A DNA stretch of 64,000 bases from the NCBI GenBank assembly GCA_032054765.1, contig DAMBSC010000009.1, forward strand, positions 104,948 through 168,947, written 5' to 3'. This document shows positions 27,350-36,269 of the stretch, piece by piece. Both the position numbers and the translations under genes were made by a program. Source of the DNA: Tannerellaceae bacterium. Its GTDB lineage: Bacteria; Bacteroidota; Bacteroidia; Bacteroidales; Tannerellaceae. The notes beneath the pieces were generated by a model that searched no databases, was not told the origin of the DNA, and saw nothing but the letters and a program-made list of their open reading frames with translations. Position 1 is the stretch's first letter; each line of letters starts with the position of its first letter.

Positions 27350-28237
27350 ATGCTCAAACAAAAAGACGGCTTTAGCGGTGAGCGGGCATTGGTACTTCCG
27401 CAATCGGTAGTGCAGGATATGGAAAAGGATATTTATTCTTCTATCCTGCATATTACTGATATTGGTTATTATCCTAAAGCTTGTCATCATTTCAGGGAGC
27501 GTACCAAGCCTGTCAATCAATTTATTTTTATTTATTGCATAGAAGGCGAAGGTTGGTTTAAGTCCGGATCACATGAGTATACAGTCTCGGAAAATCAATA
27601 TTTCATATTACCCGCCGGTGTTCCGCATGCCTATGGCTCAAATAAAGACAATCCCTGGACGATTTACTGGATACATTTTAAAGGGAAACTTGCTTCTCAT
27701 TTTACCGGTAATCCTGTCCGTCCTGTAGAAATACGTCCGGGACTTCATTCCCGCATAAGTGATCGCATTGAACTTTTCGAAGAGATTTTCCGTACGCTTG
27801 AATTAGGTTATAGTCGGGAGAACCTGTCGTATGCATGTAGTGTATTCCACCATTTCCTGGGCACGTTGAATTATATTCAGCAATACAGGAATGTCAAGAA
27901 GGATGAAGAACAAAAAAATGATCTTGTCACAGCCGCTATTCACTATATGAAAGAGAATCTCGAAAAGAAAATTCCTCTTGATGAAATCGCAGGTCATATA
28001 GGATACTCGACTTCTTATTTCACTACCATTTTCAACAAACGTACAGGATATGCCCCTCTCACTTATTTTAATCAGTTGAAAATACAACAAGCCTGTAAAT
28101 TACTTGACTTTACAGACATGAAAATAAACCAGATCTGTCACAAGATAGGAATAGACGACACCTATTACTTTTCCCGCCTTTTCAGTAAAACAATGGGTAT
28201 GTCTCCCCGGGAATATAAGAAGCAAAAGAAAGGGTAA
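27350..28237 (+). CDS. AraC-family transcriptional regulator (N-terminal cupin-type effector domain plus two AraC HTH motifs)
   Basis: Cupin-like region (FIFIYCIEGEGWF ... ILPAGVPHAY) and a C-terminal double HTH (IAGHIGYSTSYFTTIFNKRTGYAPLTYFNQLKIQQACKLL ... GMSPREYKK). Confidence 0.8.
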   Translation: MLKQKDGFSGERALVLPQSVVQDMEKDIYSSILHITDIGYYPKACHHFRERTKPVNQFIFIYCIEGEGWFKSGSHEYTVSENQYFILPAGVPHAYGSNKDNPWTIYWIHFKGKLASHFTGNPVRPVEIRPGLHSRISDRIELFEEIFRTLELGYSRENLSYACSVFHHFLGTLNYIQQYRNVKKDEEQKNDLVTAAIHYMKENLEKKIPLDEIAGHIGYSTSYFTTIFNKRTGYAPLTYFNQLKIQQACKLLDFTDMKINQICHKIGIDDTYYFSRLFSKTMGMSPREYKKQKKG

Positions 28238-28240
28238 AGG

Positions 28241-28915
28241 TCAAGGTGTCATGATATAAGAGGCTCGTTGTACCCAGAATTGATTCTCTGATTCAATCTC
28301 AAAAGGATATTCTACCCATTCATTCAAAGATAAATAAATGCTACCCTCCTTTTCATTGTAGATTCCATAATTCATTCCCTCTTTATGAATCATCATACCA
28401 AGTTTATTTAGAATACGATGGGCATTCTCTTTTACAACTTGCTCATATATGAGTATATCACCGGTATGATAGGCAAAGCCTGATGGTAAATTTTCAAGAT
28501 TATCGAGTTCAATAGCGATTAATTTTGAACGGGAATTGGCAGGCAAAACTATTTGGGGTAAGTTATTAATAAAATCGGCATCGCTAATATGAGCTATAAA
28601 ATCATTTAAATAAATAACGGGGACAAAAGGTATCCGTACTAACTGTTGAGCAATCTTCAGTTTCTCCGTTTCAAATACGATACCTGTATTGTAGTGTAAC
28701 AGTTCGTTTACTGAAAGATCTTTCTCTATAAAGTCGGACAACGGTATGCCAAAATAATTAGCAATCTTTATAAGAACCTCCAGCTTCGGCTCTGCGCGAA
28801 ACTCTTCATAAGAAGATATATTGCCGCGTGTCAATTGAAAAAGATCAGCAAAGGCTTGTTGACTTAAACCCTTGACATTCCTTATTTTCTTTATATTTTT
28901 ACCTATCTGACTCAT
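28241..28915 (-). CDS. XRE-family helix-turn-helix transcriptional regulator with an uncharacterised C-terminal domain
   Basis: The HTH_XRE region starts at the probable initiator MSQIGKNIKKIRNVKGLSQQAFADLFQLTRGNISSYE. The upstream in-frame Met at 29026 would overlap the divergent gene, so a start at 28915 is preferred. Confidence 0.65.
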   Translation of the reverse strand: MSQIGKNIKKIRNVKGLSQQAFADLFQLTRGNISSYEEFRAEPKLEVLIKIANYFGIPLSDFIEKDLSVNELLHYNTGIVFETEKLKIAQQLVRIPFVPVIYLNDFIAHISDADFINNLPQIVLPANSRSKLIAIELDNLENLPSGFAYHTGDILIYEQVVKENAHRILNKLGMMIHKEGMNYGIYNEKEGSIYLSLNEWVEYPFEIESENQFWVQRASYIMTP

Positions 28916-29009
28916 AAAAAAGCTAAAAATATTTGCAATATTGAAATATATCGCTAAATTAGCAAAAATTATTGGCGAAGTTACTACATTTTTACCATTA
29001 AACAAGAAA

Positions 29010-29405
29010 ATGAATATGTATTTCAAAAAGATTGAATCATTTATCTCAGAGCTGGGCTATTCTGTTTCCTATCGAAACGAAAAGGAAGGCATTTTCTGCA
29101 TTGATAGTGAATCAGACGGTATAAAAAGCCTGATAATAGGAGTTGCTCCACCGATTTTGATCATCGAGCAGTATATTTTTACGCTTAAAAGTGATGATAA
29201 AGAAATACTCAAATCGCTTTTGATCAAAAACAGAGACATTATTCATGGAGCTTTTGTACTCGACGAAGAGGGTAAAAAGGTTATATTCAGATACACCATG
29301 CAAATTGAAAATCTGGATATGAATGAACTGGAAGGAGGGATAAACTCATTGAGTTTATTGCTGGGAGAATATTACGAACAAATAATTGAATTTTCTAAAA
29401 AGTAA
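29010..29405 (+). CDS. YbjN-like (putative sensory transduction regulator / T3SS-chaperone-like fold) small protein
   Basis: About 131 aa; size and composition are compatible with the YbjN family, but similarity was judged by eye only. Its stop lies 4 nt before the pspA ATG. Confidence 0.4.
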   Translation: MNMYFKKIESFISELGYSVSYRNEKEGIFCIDSESDGIKSLIIGVAPPILIIEQYIFTLKSDDKEILKSLLIKNRDIIHGAFVLDEEGKKVIFRYTMQIENLDMNELEGGINSLSLLLGEYYEQIIEFSKK

Positions 29406-29409
29406 AGTT

Positions 29410-30111
29410 ATGAATATTTTTAAAAGATTATTGAGAATCGGACAAGCGGAAATACATTCTGCAGTAGATAAGATGGAAGATCCTATTCGTATGACAGAGC
29501 AAGGGATCAGAGAAATGAGAGATGATCTTGATAAAGCAATGGAAGCCTATGCACAAATAAAAGCGACAGCCATACGCACAAAAAACGAAAAGTCGAAAAA
29601 ACAAACTGAGGCTCATGATTATGAGAACAAAGCTGTCTTATTATTGACGAAAGCACAAAAAGGTGAACTTGACATGTCACAGGCTGAAAAATTAGCTAAA
29701 GAAGCTCTTACACTGAAAGAAAACCTTTTGATTGACATTAAAGCCCTCGAAGAACAGCAAACTACTCATGAAAACGCGGCAGACGATATCCAAAAAAACA
29801 TTGACATCCTGAAATTCAATATTACCAAATGGGAAAATGAATTGAAAACATTGAAATCTAGGATAAAAGTAAGCCGGGCTACAAAAGAAGTTAACAAACA
29901 GATGGCGCAGATCGACAGCGATAGCACAATCAGCATGTTGGAACGTATGAAAGAAAAAGTAGAAGAAGAAGAAGCTTTAGCACAAGCGTATGGAGATATG
30001 GCAAAGAAAAGTAAATCCGTTGATGATGAAATTAATAAAGCCATTGGTGATGAAACAGAGAAAGTAAATCAGGAACTTGATGAAATCAAAAGAAAGCTTG
30101 GAATTTTATAA
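29410..30111 (+). CDS. pspA: PspA/IM30/Vipp1-family protein (phage shock protein A, ESCRT-III-like)
   Basis: 233 aa. The N-terminus MNIFKRLLRIGQAEIHSAVDKMEDPIRMTEQGIREMRDDLDKAMEAYAQIKA aligns with E. coli PspA ([52 protein letters not shown]). The protein is predicted coiled coil throughout. Confidence 0.8.
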   Translation: MNIFKRLLRIGQAEIHSAVDKMEDPIRMTEQGIREMRDDLDKAMEAYAQIKATAIRTKNEKSKKQTEAHDYENKAVLLLTKAQKGELDMSQAEKLAKEALTLKENLLIDIKALEEQQTTHENAADDIQKNIDILKFNITKWENELKTLKSRIKVSRATKEVNKQMAQIDSDSTISMLERMKEKVEEEEALAQAYGDMAKKSKSVDDEINKAIGDETEKVNQELDEIKRKLGIL

Positions 30112-30144
30112 TTAAAATAATTTCTCTAATTTTGATTTTTATAT

Positions 30145-30858
30145 ATGACCGAATTCTTCTATAATCTAATGCATCCGCTACCAAATGCTGTAACGACAGT
30201 TATTATGGGCGTTTTGGTAGTCTACTGGTTGTTTGTCTTCATTAGTGGAGCCGGGCTTGACGATCTGGATCTTGGATTTGACTTCGACGTCGATATCCCT
30301 GACGCAGATATTCCCGACGTGGATACTGACGCTGATGTGTCTGATGCTTCGGATAATGATGGAGATGCTACAACAGAAAAATCACCTGGCTTTTTCATTA
30401 AATTTTTAAATTTCCTGAATGTCGGTAAGGTTCCGTTCATGCTGATTCTTTCTACATTTAAGTTTTTCCTTTGGATCGGATCGTTAATCACCACTCAGTT
30501 TATAAATGTAACGACATGGGGGGCTTGGTCTCTCTTAATCTTACTACCGCTGGCAATTGTTGCTATATTCCTTTCAAAAGGTGTTACTAATCCATTAGTA
30601 AGATTATTTAAGGAAGTGGGTTATAAAGGTGAAGAAGAAATTGATTTTCTGGGAAGATCCGGGAAAATGGTATCCAGTATTAAAGAAGATAGAATCGGAT
30701 GTGCAGAAGTTTTTGTAGACAAAAATCCTATTCGCCTGAATGTAAAAAGTATTGATGGGTCAGAAATAAAATATGGCGACTCTGTATTGATTGCAGATGA
30801 GACAAAGGATAAAAAAATATATTTAGTAAGTAAAGAAATTAACATCCATAACTTTTAA
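30145..30858 (+). CDS. YqiJ/NfeD-like inner-membrane protein with a C-terminal OB-fold domain
   Basis: N-terminal TM segment, an acidic Asp-rich low-complexity segment (DLDLGFDFDVDIPDADIPDVDTDADVSDASDNDGD), two TM segments, then a C-terminal beta-rich about-75-aa domain (GKMVSSIKEDRIGCAEVFVDKNPIRLNVKSIDGSEIKYGDSVLI) typical of the NfeD OB-fold. It sits immediately upstream of the flotillin gene, as yqiJ does with yqiK. Confidence 0.6.
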   Translation: MTEFFYNLMHPLPNAVTTVIMGVLVVYWLFVFISGAGLDDLDLGFDFDVDIPDADIPDVDTDADVSDASDNDGDATTEKSPGFFIKFLNFLNVGKVPFMLILSTFKFFLWIGSLITTQFINVTTWGAWSLLILLPLAIVAIFLSKGVTNPLVRLFKEVGYKGEEEIDFLGRSGKMVSSIKEDRIGCAEVFVDKNPIRLNVKSIDGSEIKYGDSVLIADETKDKKIYLVSKEINIHNF

Positions 30859-30905
30859 AACAAAAAGAATAACAAACTTAAAAACTAATAATTTATTAAA
30901 ACACT

Positions 30906-33095
30906 ATGGGACAGATCATAATCATTATAGCTGGTGCGGCTATATTTATAGTACTCGTAATATTTGCACTGTTAGCGTCCTTCTATAAGAAGATACCACA
31001 GGGAAAAGCTATTGTGCGCACTGGTGTTGGAGGAACAGGGGTTGCCTTTAACAAAGGGATGTACGTAATTCCGGTTTTCCATAAAATGGAAATTATGGAT
31101 ATTTCCTTAAAGAAAGTACAGATTGAACGAATGCAACACGATGGTTTAATATGTAAAGATAATATTCGCGCTGATATTAAAGTTGCTTTCTTTGTCAGGG
31201 TCAACAAGTCTGTAAACGATGTTATAAATGTTGCACAATCTATAGGATGTGAAAGAGCCAGCGACATCTCAACTTTAAAAGATATTTTCGAAGCTAAATT
31301 TTCGGAAGCACTTAAAACCGTAGGTAAAAAATTCGATTTCATTGAATTATATGAGGCTCGCCGTGAATTTCGTGATGAAATTTTAAATATAATAGGCACT
31401 GATTTGAACGGCTATGTATTAGATGATTGTGCAATTGACTACCTGGAGCAAACAGAGCTGCAATTCCTCAGTCCTGAAAATATTCTTGACTCGGAAGGTA
31501 TCAAGAAAATCACTGATCTGACAGCAGCACAGAACATTAAAGCTAACCTGATCCGAAGAGAAGAAGAAAAAGTTATAAAAAAGCAAAATGTAGAAGCTCG
31601 TGAAGCTATTTTAGAGCTGGAACGCCAGTTAGCAGAAAAAGAAGAAAAACAGAAACGTGAGATCGATAATGTCAAAGCACGTGAAGAAGCTGAAATACAA
31701 AAAGTTCGCGAAGAGGAACGTCTGAAAGCCGAATCAGTACGTATCACAACAGAAGAGAGCCTTGCTATTCAGGAAGAAAACAAGCTTCGCCAAATAATTA
31801 TTGCCGAAAAGAACAAAGAAAGAACTGAAGCAGTAGAAAAAGAACGTGTAGAAAAAGATCGCGCCCTTGAACAAACCGAGCGGGAACGTATCGTTACCCT
31901 TTCACAAATCGAGAAAGAACGCGTGATCGAGATTGAAAAGAAAAATATTCAGGATGTAATCCGTGAAAGGGTACAACTGGAAAAGGGTGTTGTAGAAGAA
32001 CAGCAGAATATGAAAGACATCGAAGCTTTCCGGTCTGTTGATCGTCAGAAACAAGTCGGAATAACAGAAGCTGCTCAGGAAGCTGAACAACGATTGATTC
32101 AACGCGTTAAAGCAGCAGAGGCTGATAAGATGGCAGCCGAAGAAAAGGCAAAAGAACTTTTAATTGATGCCGAAGCACAGAAAGAAGCATCTGCTAAACA
32201 AGCAGAAGCCCGTAAAATACTAGCCGATGCAAAAGCAAGAGAAGATGCCACATATGGTTTAGCTGAAGCGGAAGTAATCAAGGCAAAAGCGGAAGCTTTA
32301 GAACAGCAAGGTATTGCAGAAGCTATTGTGATTGAAAAGAAAGCAAAAGCGGAAGCCGTTGGAATCGAAGCAAAAGCGGAAGCAAAGAAAAAAGAAGGTT
32401 TAGTAGAAGCCGAAGTAACGAAAGAGAAAGCTCTTGCCTCTGCAACAGGAGAAGCCAGTATCATTGAAAAAACTTCATTGGCAGAAGCGACCGGTATCCA
32501 GGCGAAAGCGGAAGCTAAACGAAAAGAAGGACTCATGGAAGCTGAAGTTACAAAGGAAAAGGCTCTTGCAGAAGCTATCGGCATAGAAGAAAAAGCCGCA
32601 GCCATGAAAAAACTCGACGGTGTCGGCAAAGAGCATGAAGAATTTAAACTGGCCCTGCAAAAAGACAAAGATGTGGAGTTGGCACAAATCCATATTCAAA
32701 AAGACATTGCAGCAGCACAAGCCGAAGTATTGTCGGAAGCATTAAAGACAGCCGACATAGACATTGTTGGAGGTGAAACGATGTTCTTCGAGAATATAGT
32801 AAAACAAATCTCCAATGCAAAAGGCTTTGACCGTCTGGTAAATGAAAGTGAGAATATAACCCAGATTAAACAAGCCATTCTGGGTGACGGTACTAACGAA
32901 GGCGATCTATTCGAACGTATTCGTTACTATGCAAACAGACTTAACATATCTACTGATGATATAAAGAATCTCAGCATTGCATCCTTAATTCTCAAAATGC
33001 AAAGCCAATGTGATGATGATGACGACAAAGGCTTTCTTGGTAATTTACTGAACCTTGCCAAATCAACAGGCATCTCTAATAAGAAATTGAAATAA
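30906..33095 (+). CDS. Flotillin-family (SPFH/band-7) protein, YqiK-like, with an extended Ala/Glu/Lys-rich coiled-coil repeat region
   Basis: N-terminal TM segment plus SPFH domain (KAIVRTGVGGTGVAFNKGMYVIPVFHKMEIMDISLKKVQIERMQHDGLICKDNIRADIKVAFFVRV), then long EA repeats (KAKAEAVGIEAKAEAKKKEGLVEAEVTKEKALA). Confidence 0.85.
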   Translation: MGQIIIIIAGAAIFIVLVIFALLASFYKKIPQGKAIVRTGVGGTGVAFNKGMYVIPVFHKMEIMDISLKKVQIERMQHDGLICKDNIRADIKVAFFVRVNKSVNDVINVAQSIGCERASDISTLKDIFEAKFSEALKTVGKKFDFIELYEARREFRDEILNIIGTDLNGYVLDDCAIDYLEQTELQFLSPENILDSEGIKKITDLTAAQNIKANLIRREEEKVIKKQNVEAREAILELERQLAEKEEKQKREIDNVKAREEAEIQKVREEERLKAESVRITTEESLAIQEENKLRQIIIAEKNKERTEAVEKERVEKDRALEQTERERIVTLSQIEKERVIEIEKKNIQDVIRERVQLEKGVVEEQQNMKDIEAFRSVDRQKQVGITEAAQEAEQRLIQRVKAAEADKMAAEEKAKELLIDAEAQKEASAKQAEARKILADAKAREDATYGLAEAEVIKAKAEALEQQGIAEAIVIEKKAKAEAVGIEAKAEAKKKEGLVEAEVTKEKALASATGEASIIEKTSLAEATGIQAKAEAKRKEGLMEAEVTKEKALAEAIGIEEKAAAMKKLDGVGKEHEEFKLALQKDKDVELAQIHIQKDIAAAQAEVLSEALKTADIDIVGGETMFFENIVKQISNAKGFDRLVNESENITQIKQAILGDGTNEGDLFERIRYYANRLNISTDDIKNLSIASLILKMQSQCDDDDDKGFLGNLLNLAKSTGISNKKLK

Positions 33096-33306
33096 AAAAT
33101 ATTTTTTATTTCTATCTATATGGAATTACCCAAAAGGATAAAAGTTGTTTGGAATATAAACAATATCTTTCGAAGGTTATTGCTAATTATAAAGGTAGAA
33201 GATAATACTGAAGAGGTACATGTTATAAAACTTTTGATAAGGTAATAAAAAGATGTTTTATGCGTTTCATCTGGTTTTTATGTAAGTTTGTAGAAAGCAT
33301 TTTTTT

Positions 33307-34449
33307 ATGAAAAAACAAACTTTCATTCTTGCTCCGGACTCTTTTAAAGGTTCCATGACAGCACAAGAGGTCTGTAATGCAATGGAAGGCGGTATCAGAA
33401 AAGTACTACCTGATGCCGTCTGTATTCATATTCCAATGGCTGATGGAGGTGAAGGGACTGTTCAATCGTTGGTAGATGTAACTCAGGGAAAAATTTATGA
33501 ACAGGTAGTAATGGGACCTCTTGGTATTCCCGTAACGGCAACCTACGGCATAATGGGAGATAGCGAAACTGCTGTTATCGAAATGGCTTCGGCAAGTGGC
33601 ATCGGATATGTGAATGAGCAAACAAGGAATCCATTGATTACAACTACTTATGGAACTGGAGAGTTGATATTAACTTGTCTGGATAAGGGAATAAAAAAGA
33701 TAATACTTGGTATTGGGGGAAGTGCAACCAATGACGGAGGAGCAGGTTTTGCACAAGCTTTAGGTGTAAAATTCCTTGATAAAGAAGGTAAAGAATTGCT
33801 TCCAGGAGGGGCAGCCTTGGTCAATTTAAATGCTATTGATATATCCGGTATCGATCCACGCCTAAAAGAAGTCGAAATAGAGGTAGCCTGCGATGTCAGT
33901 AATCCTTTATGCGGAAAAAATGGCGCCTCTGCTGTTTTTGGGCCACAAAAAGGAGCTACTCCGGAAATGGTAAAAACGCTTGATAATGCGCTTACACATT
34001 ATGCCACTATCATAAAAAAACAATTGGAGAAGGATATAAAGGATATCCCCGGTGCAGGTGCAGCTGGAGGTTTGGGTGCAGGCCTGCTTGCTTTTACCAC
34101 TGCTAAGTTAGAGAGTGGTATAGAAATAATTCTTACTTATACCCGCTTCTGTGAAATTGTTAAAAAGGGAGATATTGTTTTTACAGGTGAAGGTCGGATT
34201 GATTCACAAACACAATTTGGCAAGACTCCTTTTGGTGTCGCCAAAGTGGCTAAAAATGAAGGCAAAACGGTCATCGCGATTACCGGTAGCATAGGTGAAG
34301 GAGTTGAGCAGTTAGATGATACGTTTGATGCCATATTCAGTATTCTACCTTATCCAATGTTATTAGATAAAGCATTAGCAACAGGGAAAAGTAATGTTTC
34401 CTGCACAGTTGAGAATATTACCCGGCTCATTGCAAGAGTTCAAAAATAG
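33307..34449 (+). CDS. Glycerate kinase
   Basis: Glycerate kinase family signatures (ILAPDSFKGSMTAQEV, IPMADGGEGTV, GGSATNDGGAGFAQALG, TGEGRIDSQTQFGKTPFGVAK). Confidence 0.85.
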   Translation: MKKQTFILAPDSFKGSMTAQEVCNAMEGGIRKVLPDAVCIHIPMADGGEGTVQSLVDVTQGKIYEQVVMGPLGIPVTATYGIMGDSETAVIEMASASGIGYVNEQTRNPLITTTYGTGELILTCLDKGIKKIILGIGGSATNDGGAGFAQALGVKFLDKEGKELLPGGAALVNLNAIDISGIDPRLKEVEIEVACDVSNPLCGKNGASAVFGPQKGATPEMVKTLDNALTHYATIIKKQLEKDIKDIPGAGAAGGLGAGLLAFTTAKLESGIEIILTYTRFCEIVKKGDIVFTGEGRIDSQTQFGKTPFGVAKVAKNEGKTVIAITGSIGEGVEQLDDTFDAIFSILPYPMLLDKALATGKSNVSCTVENITRLIARVQK

Positions 34450-35267
34450 ATAATCCAGGCCTTATCAAAACGTTCCATTATAGTATAAATTCTTTCTCCT
34501 AGGATTTCTTTTTGGACAGCTTTTGATTTACTCTCACATTGCTCAAAACCTTTTCGGTTGAAATTAAAATCCCGTGTCTTGATCTGAATAGTAACAGCGA
34601 GACATCCTATGGTAAAGACTATCAATCCTATTTTACCCTTATTTACTTTACGGATAACTGAATACCCCAATAAAAGCAAGTTGATGACCAGAACAATCAA
34701 TACAATTAGGAATATATCATAATTATTCCACCACCAGATATCTCCGGTACCTCCAATATAAGTATCCAACGGAAAGAATAACCTCACTCCGCCCCAAGAT
34801 CCGGCGGGTGTAACCATATCTTCAAAAAGATGGATACAAAATCCGAGAAAAAAACCGGCCAGTATAAAGCGGTTGCTAAAAAAGGATTTTGCAACATGAA
34901 CAGTCGGTCCTCTCTTCTTCCTTGAAAACAGATAGAAAACAAGTCCTATAAATAGTGTAAAAAGCAGCGCCGCCATCAGGGAATGCATGAAACCATGATG
35001 TGAATACCAGAATTTAGCAGAATAAATAGCTTTACCCGGATGATCTAATGAAAATAATTTGCCTATTGTACCATCGAATTTAGACCAGAGACTGATTGCA
35101 TCAATATCCGGTAAAGCTCCTCCAAATCCGGAAAAAAGTAAAATTCCGGCAGTCTCTTTCCATTCTTTCTTAGCAAATAGAGACAAGCAACTGCCAACTG
35201 CAACACCGGAAAGTGTATGTGTAAGTATGTCCAATAGCTTAAATTTTATCTTTATAATGATAATCAA
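34440..35267 (-). CDS. Membrane-bound metal-dependent hydrolase, YdjM/DUF457-like
   Basis: Polytopic membrane protein with an N-terminal LDILTHTLSGVAVG motif and conserved His/Asp/Glu residues (HHGFMHS, HLFEDM). The annotated Met start overlaps the next gene by 29 bp, so the true start is uncertain. Confidence 0.45.
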   Translation of the reverse strand: MIIIIKIKFKLLDILTHTLSGVAVGSCLSLFAKKEWKETAGILLFSGFGGALPDIDAISLWSKFDGTIGKLFSLDHPGKAIYSAKFWYSHHGFMHSLMAALLFTLFIGLVFYLFSRKKRGPTVHVAKSFFSNRFILAGFFLGFCIHLFEDMVTPAGSWGGVRLFFPLDTYIGGTGDIWWWNNYDIFLIVLIVLVINLLLLGYSVIRKVNKGKIGLIVFTIGCLAVTIQIKTRDFNFNRKGFEQCESKSKAVQKEILGERIYTIMERFDKAWIIYF

Positions 35268-36081
35268 TCAAACCTATGATAGAGGTCTCTTTTATCATAT
35301 CTACTTCTATATCGAATTCTCGTGCTATTTCACGTACTATGTCAGCATAGTTGAAAGCAACGGAACCGACTAATCGTATTTTATAGCTTTTATAATCATA
35401 TTGAGAGATATTACGAACAAAAAAATCACGAATATTTCCTGTAAGTAAATTATACACATAATCATTTTCCAAATGATCACCAAGAAAACAGGAAACGACA
35501 GCCAGAAAACGATTAGGAAAAGGTCGGTCATATACAGCATTCATTATATCATTTGGCGTTATACCGAACTTTTCATAAAAATTTTCCGCTAATGGTTTAG
35601 GAGCCAATTCCTTCAATAAGTCCGAAAGAAACATTTTACCTAAAACAGCACCACTTCCCTCGTCTCCTAATATATAACCGGCCGCCCTTACTTTCTGGGT
35701 TATATTTTCTCCGTCATAAAAGCAGGAATTAGATCCGGTCCCCAAAATACAAGCAATTCCACATTCATTATTAAATAATCCTCGTGCGGCTGCAAGCATA
35801 TCACTTTCTACAATAGCAGGCGACTTAAATTGAGCTACCAGAGAAGCCTTAACAATATCTTTTTTTTGTTTATTGGTACATCCTGCACCATAAAAGAAAA
35901 TCTGATCTATTTTTTTCTTAAAAAATATTTCCGGTAAACTGAGTCTGATCCTCCTGCTTATTTCTTTTCTTTGTTGAAAAAAGGGGTTTATTCCTTCTGT
36001 AAAAACTCGATTATTTATAGTATTTCCCTCAACCAGTACCCACTCTGTCCTGGTAGAGCCGCTTTCTGCAATAAGTTTCAT
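35239..36081 (-). CDS. BadF/BadG/BcrA/BcrD-type sugar kinase, a paralog of MurK (K1058-like MurNAc/GlcNAc kinase)
   Basis: Motifs ESGSTRTEW, FYGAGC, CILGTGSNSCFYDG and YILGDEGSGAVLGK. About 45% identical by eye to the downstream murK candidate. Transcribed divergently from murT. Confidence 0.7.
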   Translation of the reverse strand: MKLIAESGSTRTEWVLVEGNTINNRVFTEGINPFFQQRKEISRRIRLSLPEIFFKKKIDQIFFYGAGCTNKQKKDIVKASLVAQFKSPAIVESDMLAAARGLFNNECGIACILGTGSNSCFYDGENITQKVRAAGYILGDEGSGAVLGKMFLSDLLKELAPKPLAENFYEKFGITPNDIMNAVYDRPFPNRFLAVVSCFLGDHLENDYVYNLLTGNIRDFFVRNISQYDYKSYKIRLVGSVAFNYADIVREIAREFDIEVDMIKETSIIGLIDYHYKDKI

Positions 36082-36189
36082 GGCCGGGTTATATTTATTT
36101 GATTACAAAAATAACTTTATTTGATTAATTTCAAATGAAATATTATGAATCAGTATCCGAACATAAATAATGTATCCAATATTTAATTA

Positions 36190-36231
36190 TATTAAATTTA
36201 CGTTCATAATTCATAATTTACTTTATCTTTG
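36190..36231 (+). promoter_or_regulatory. Putative promoter of the murTKQ operon (-7 TAtcTTTG at 36224-36231)
   Basis: TTTATCTTTGC matches the Bacteroidetes -7 consensus about 38 bp upstream of the murT ATG. Two direct TTATTTGATTA repeats (36099-36109 and 36118-36128) lie further upstream in the divergent region. Confidence 0.3.
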
Positions 36232-36269
36232 CTAAAAATCACGAGTATAAACTTACAGAATCTAATAGC

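Noticed and set aside
27350-28237. The cupin-AraC regulator was considered as the dedicated regulator of the adjacent PspA-flotillin module.
   Set aside because: It is separated from that module by the divergently oriented XRE regulator and lies on the GLUG/T9SS side of that regulator. The XRE protein is the better-positioned candidate regulator, so the association was not asserted.
32099-32668. A 189-aa Ala/Ser-rich ORF and several other 60-140-aa ORFs antisense to the flotillin gene (30983-32878).
   Set aside because: They are generated by the GC-skewed GAA/GCA-rich coding repeats of the flotillin coiled-coil region. The sense-strand gene has clear SPFH homology, and the antisense ORFs are low-complexity with no start context.
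34440-35267. A 29-bp overlap between the start of the YdjM-like hydrolase ORF and the 3' end of the upstream kinase gene, considered as a programmed frameshift or fused gene.
   Set aside because: The two genes are in different frames with independent stop codons. The more likely explanation is a downstream alternative start for the hydrolase, since the conserved LDILTH N-terminal motif begins after the overlap.
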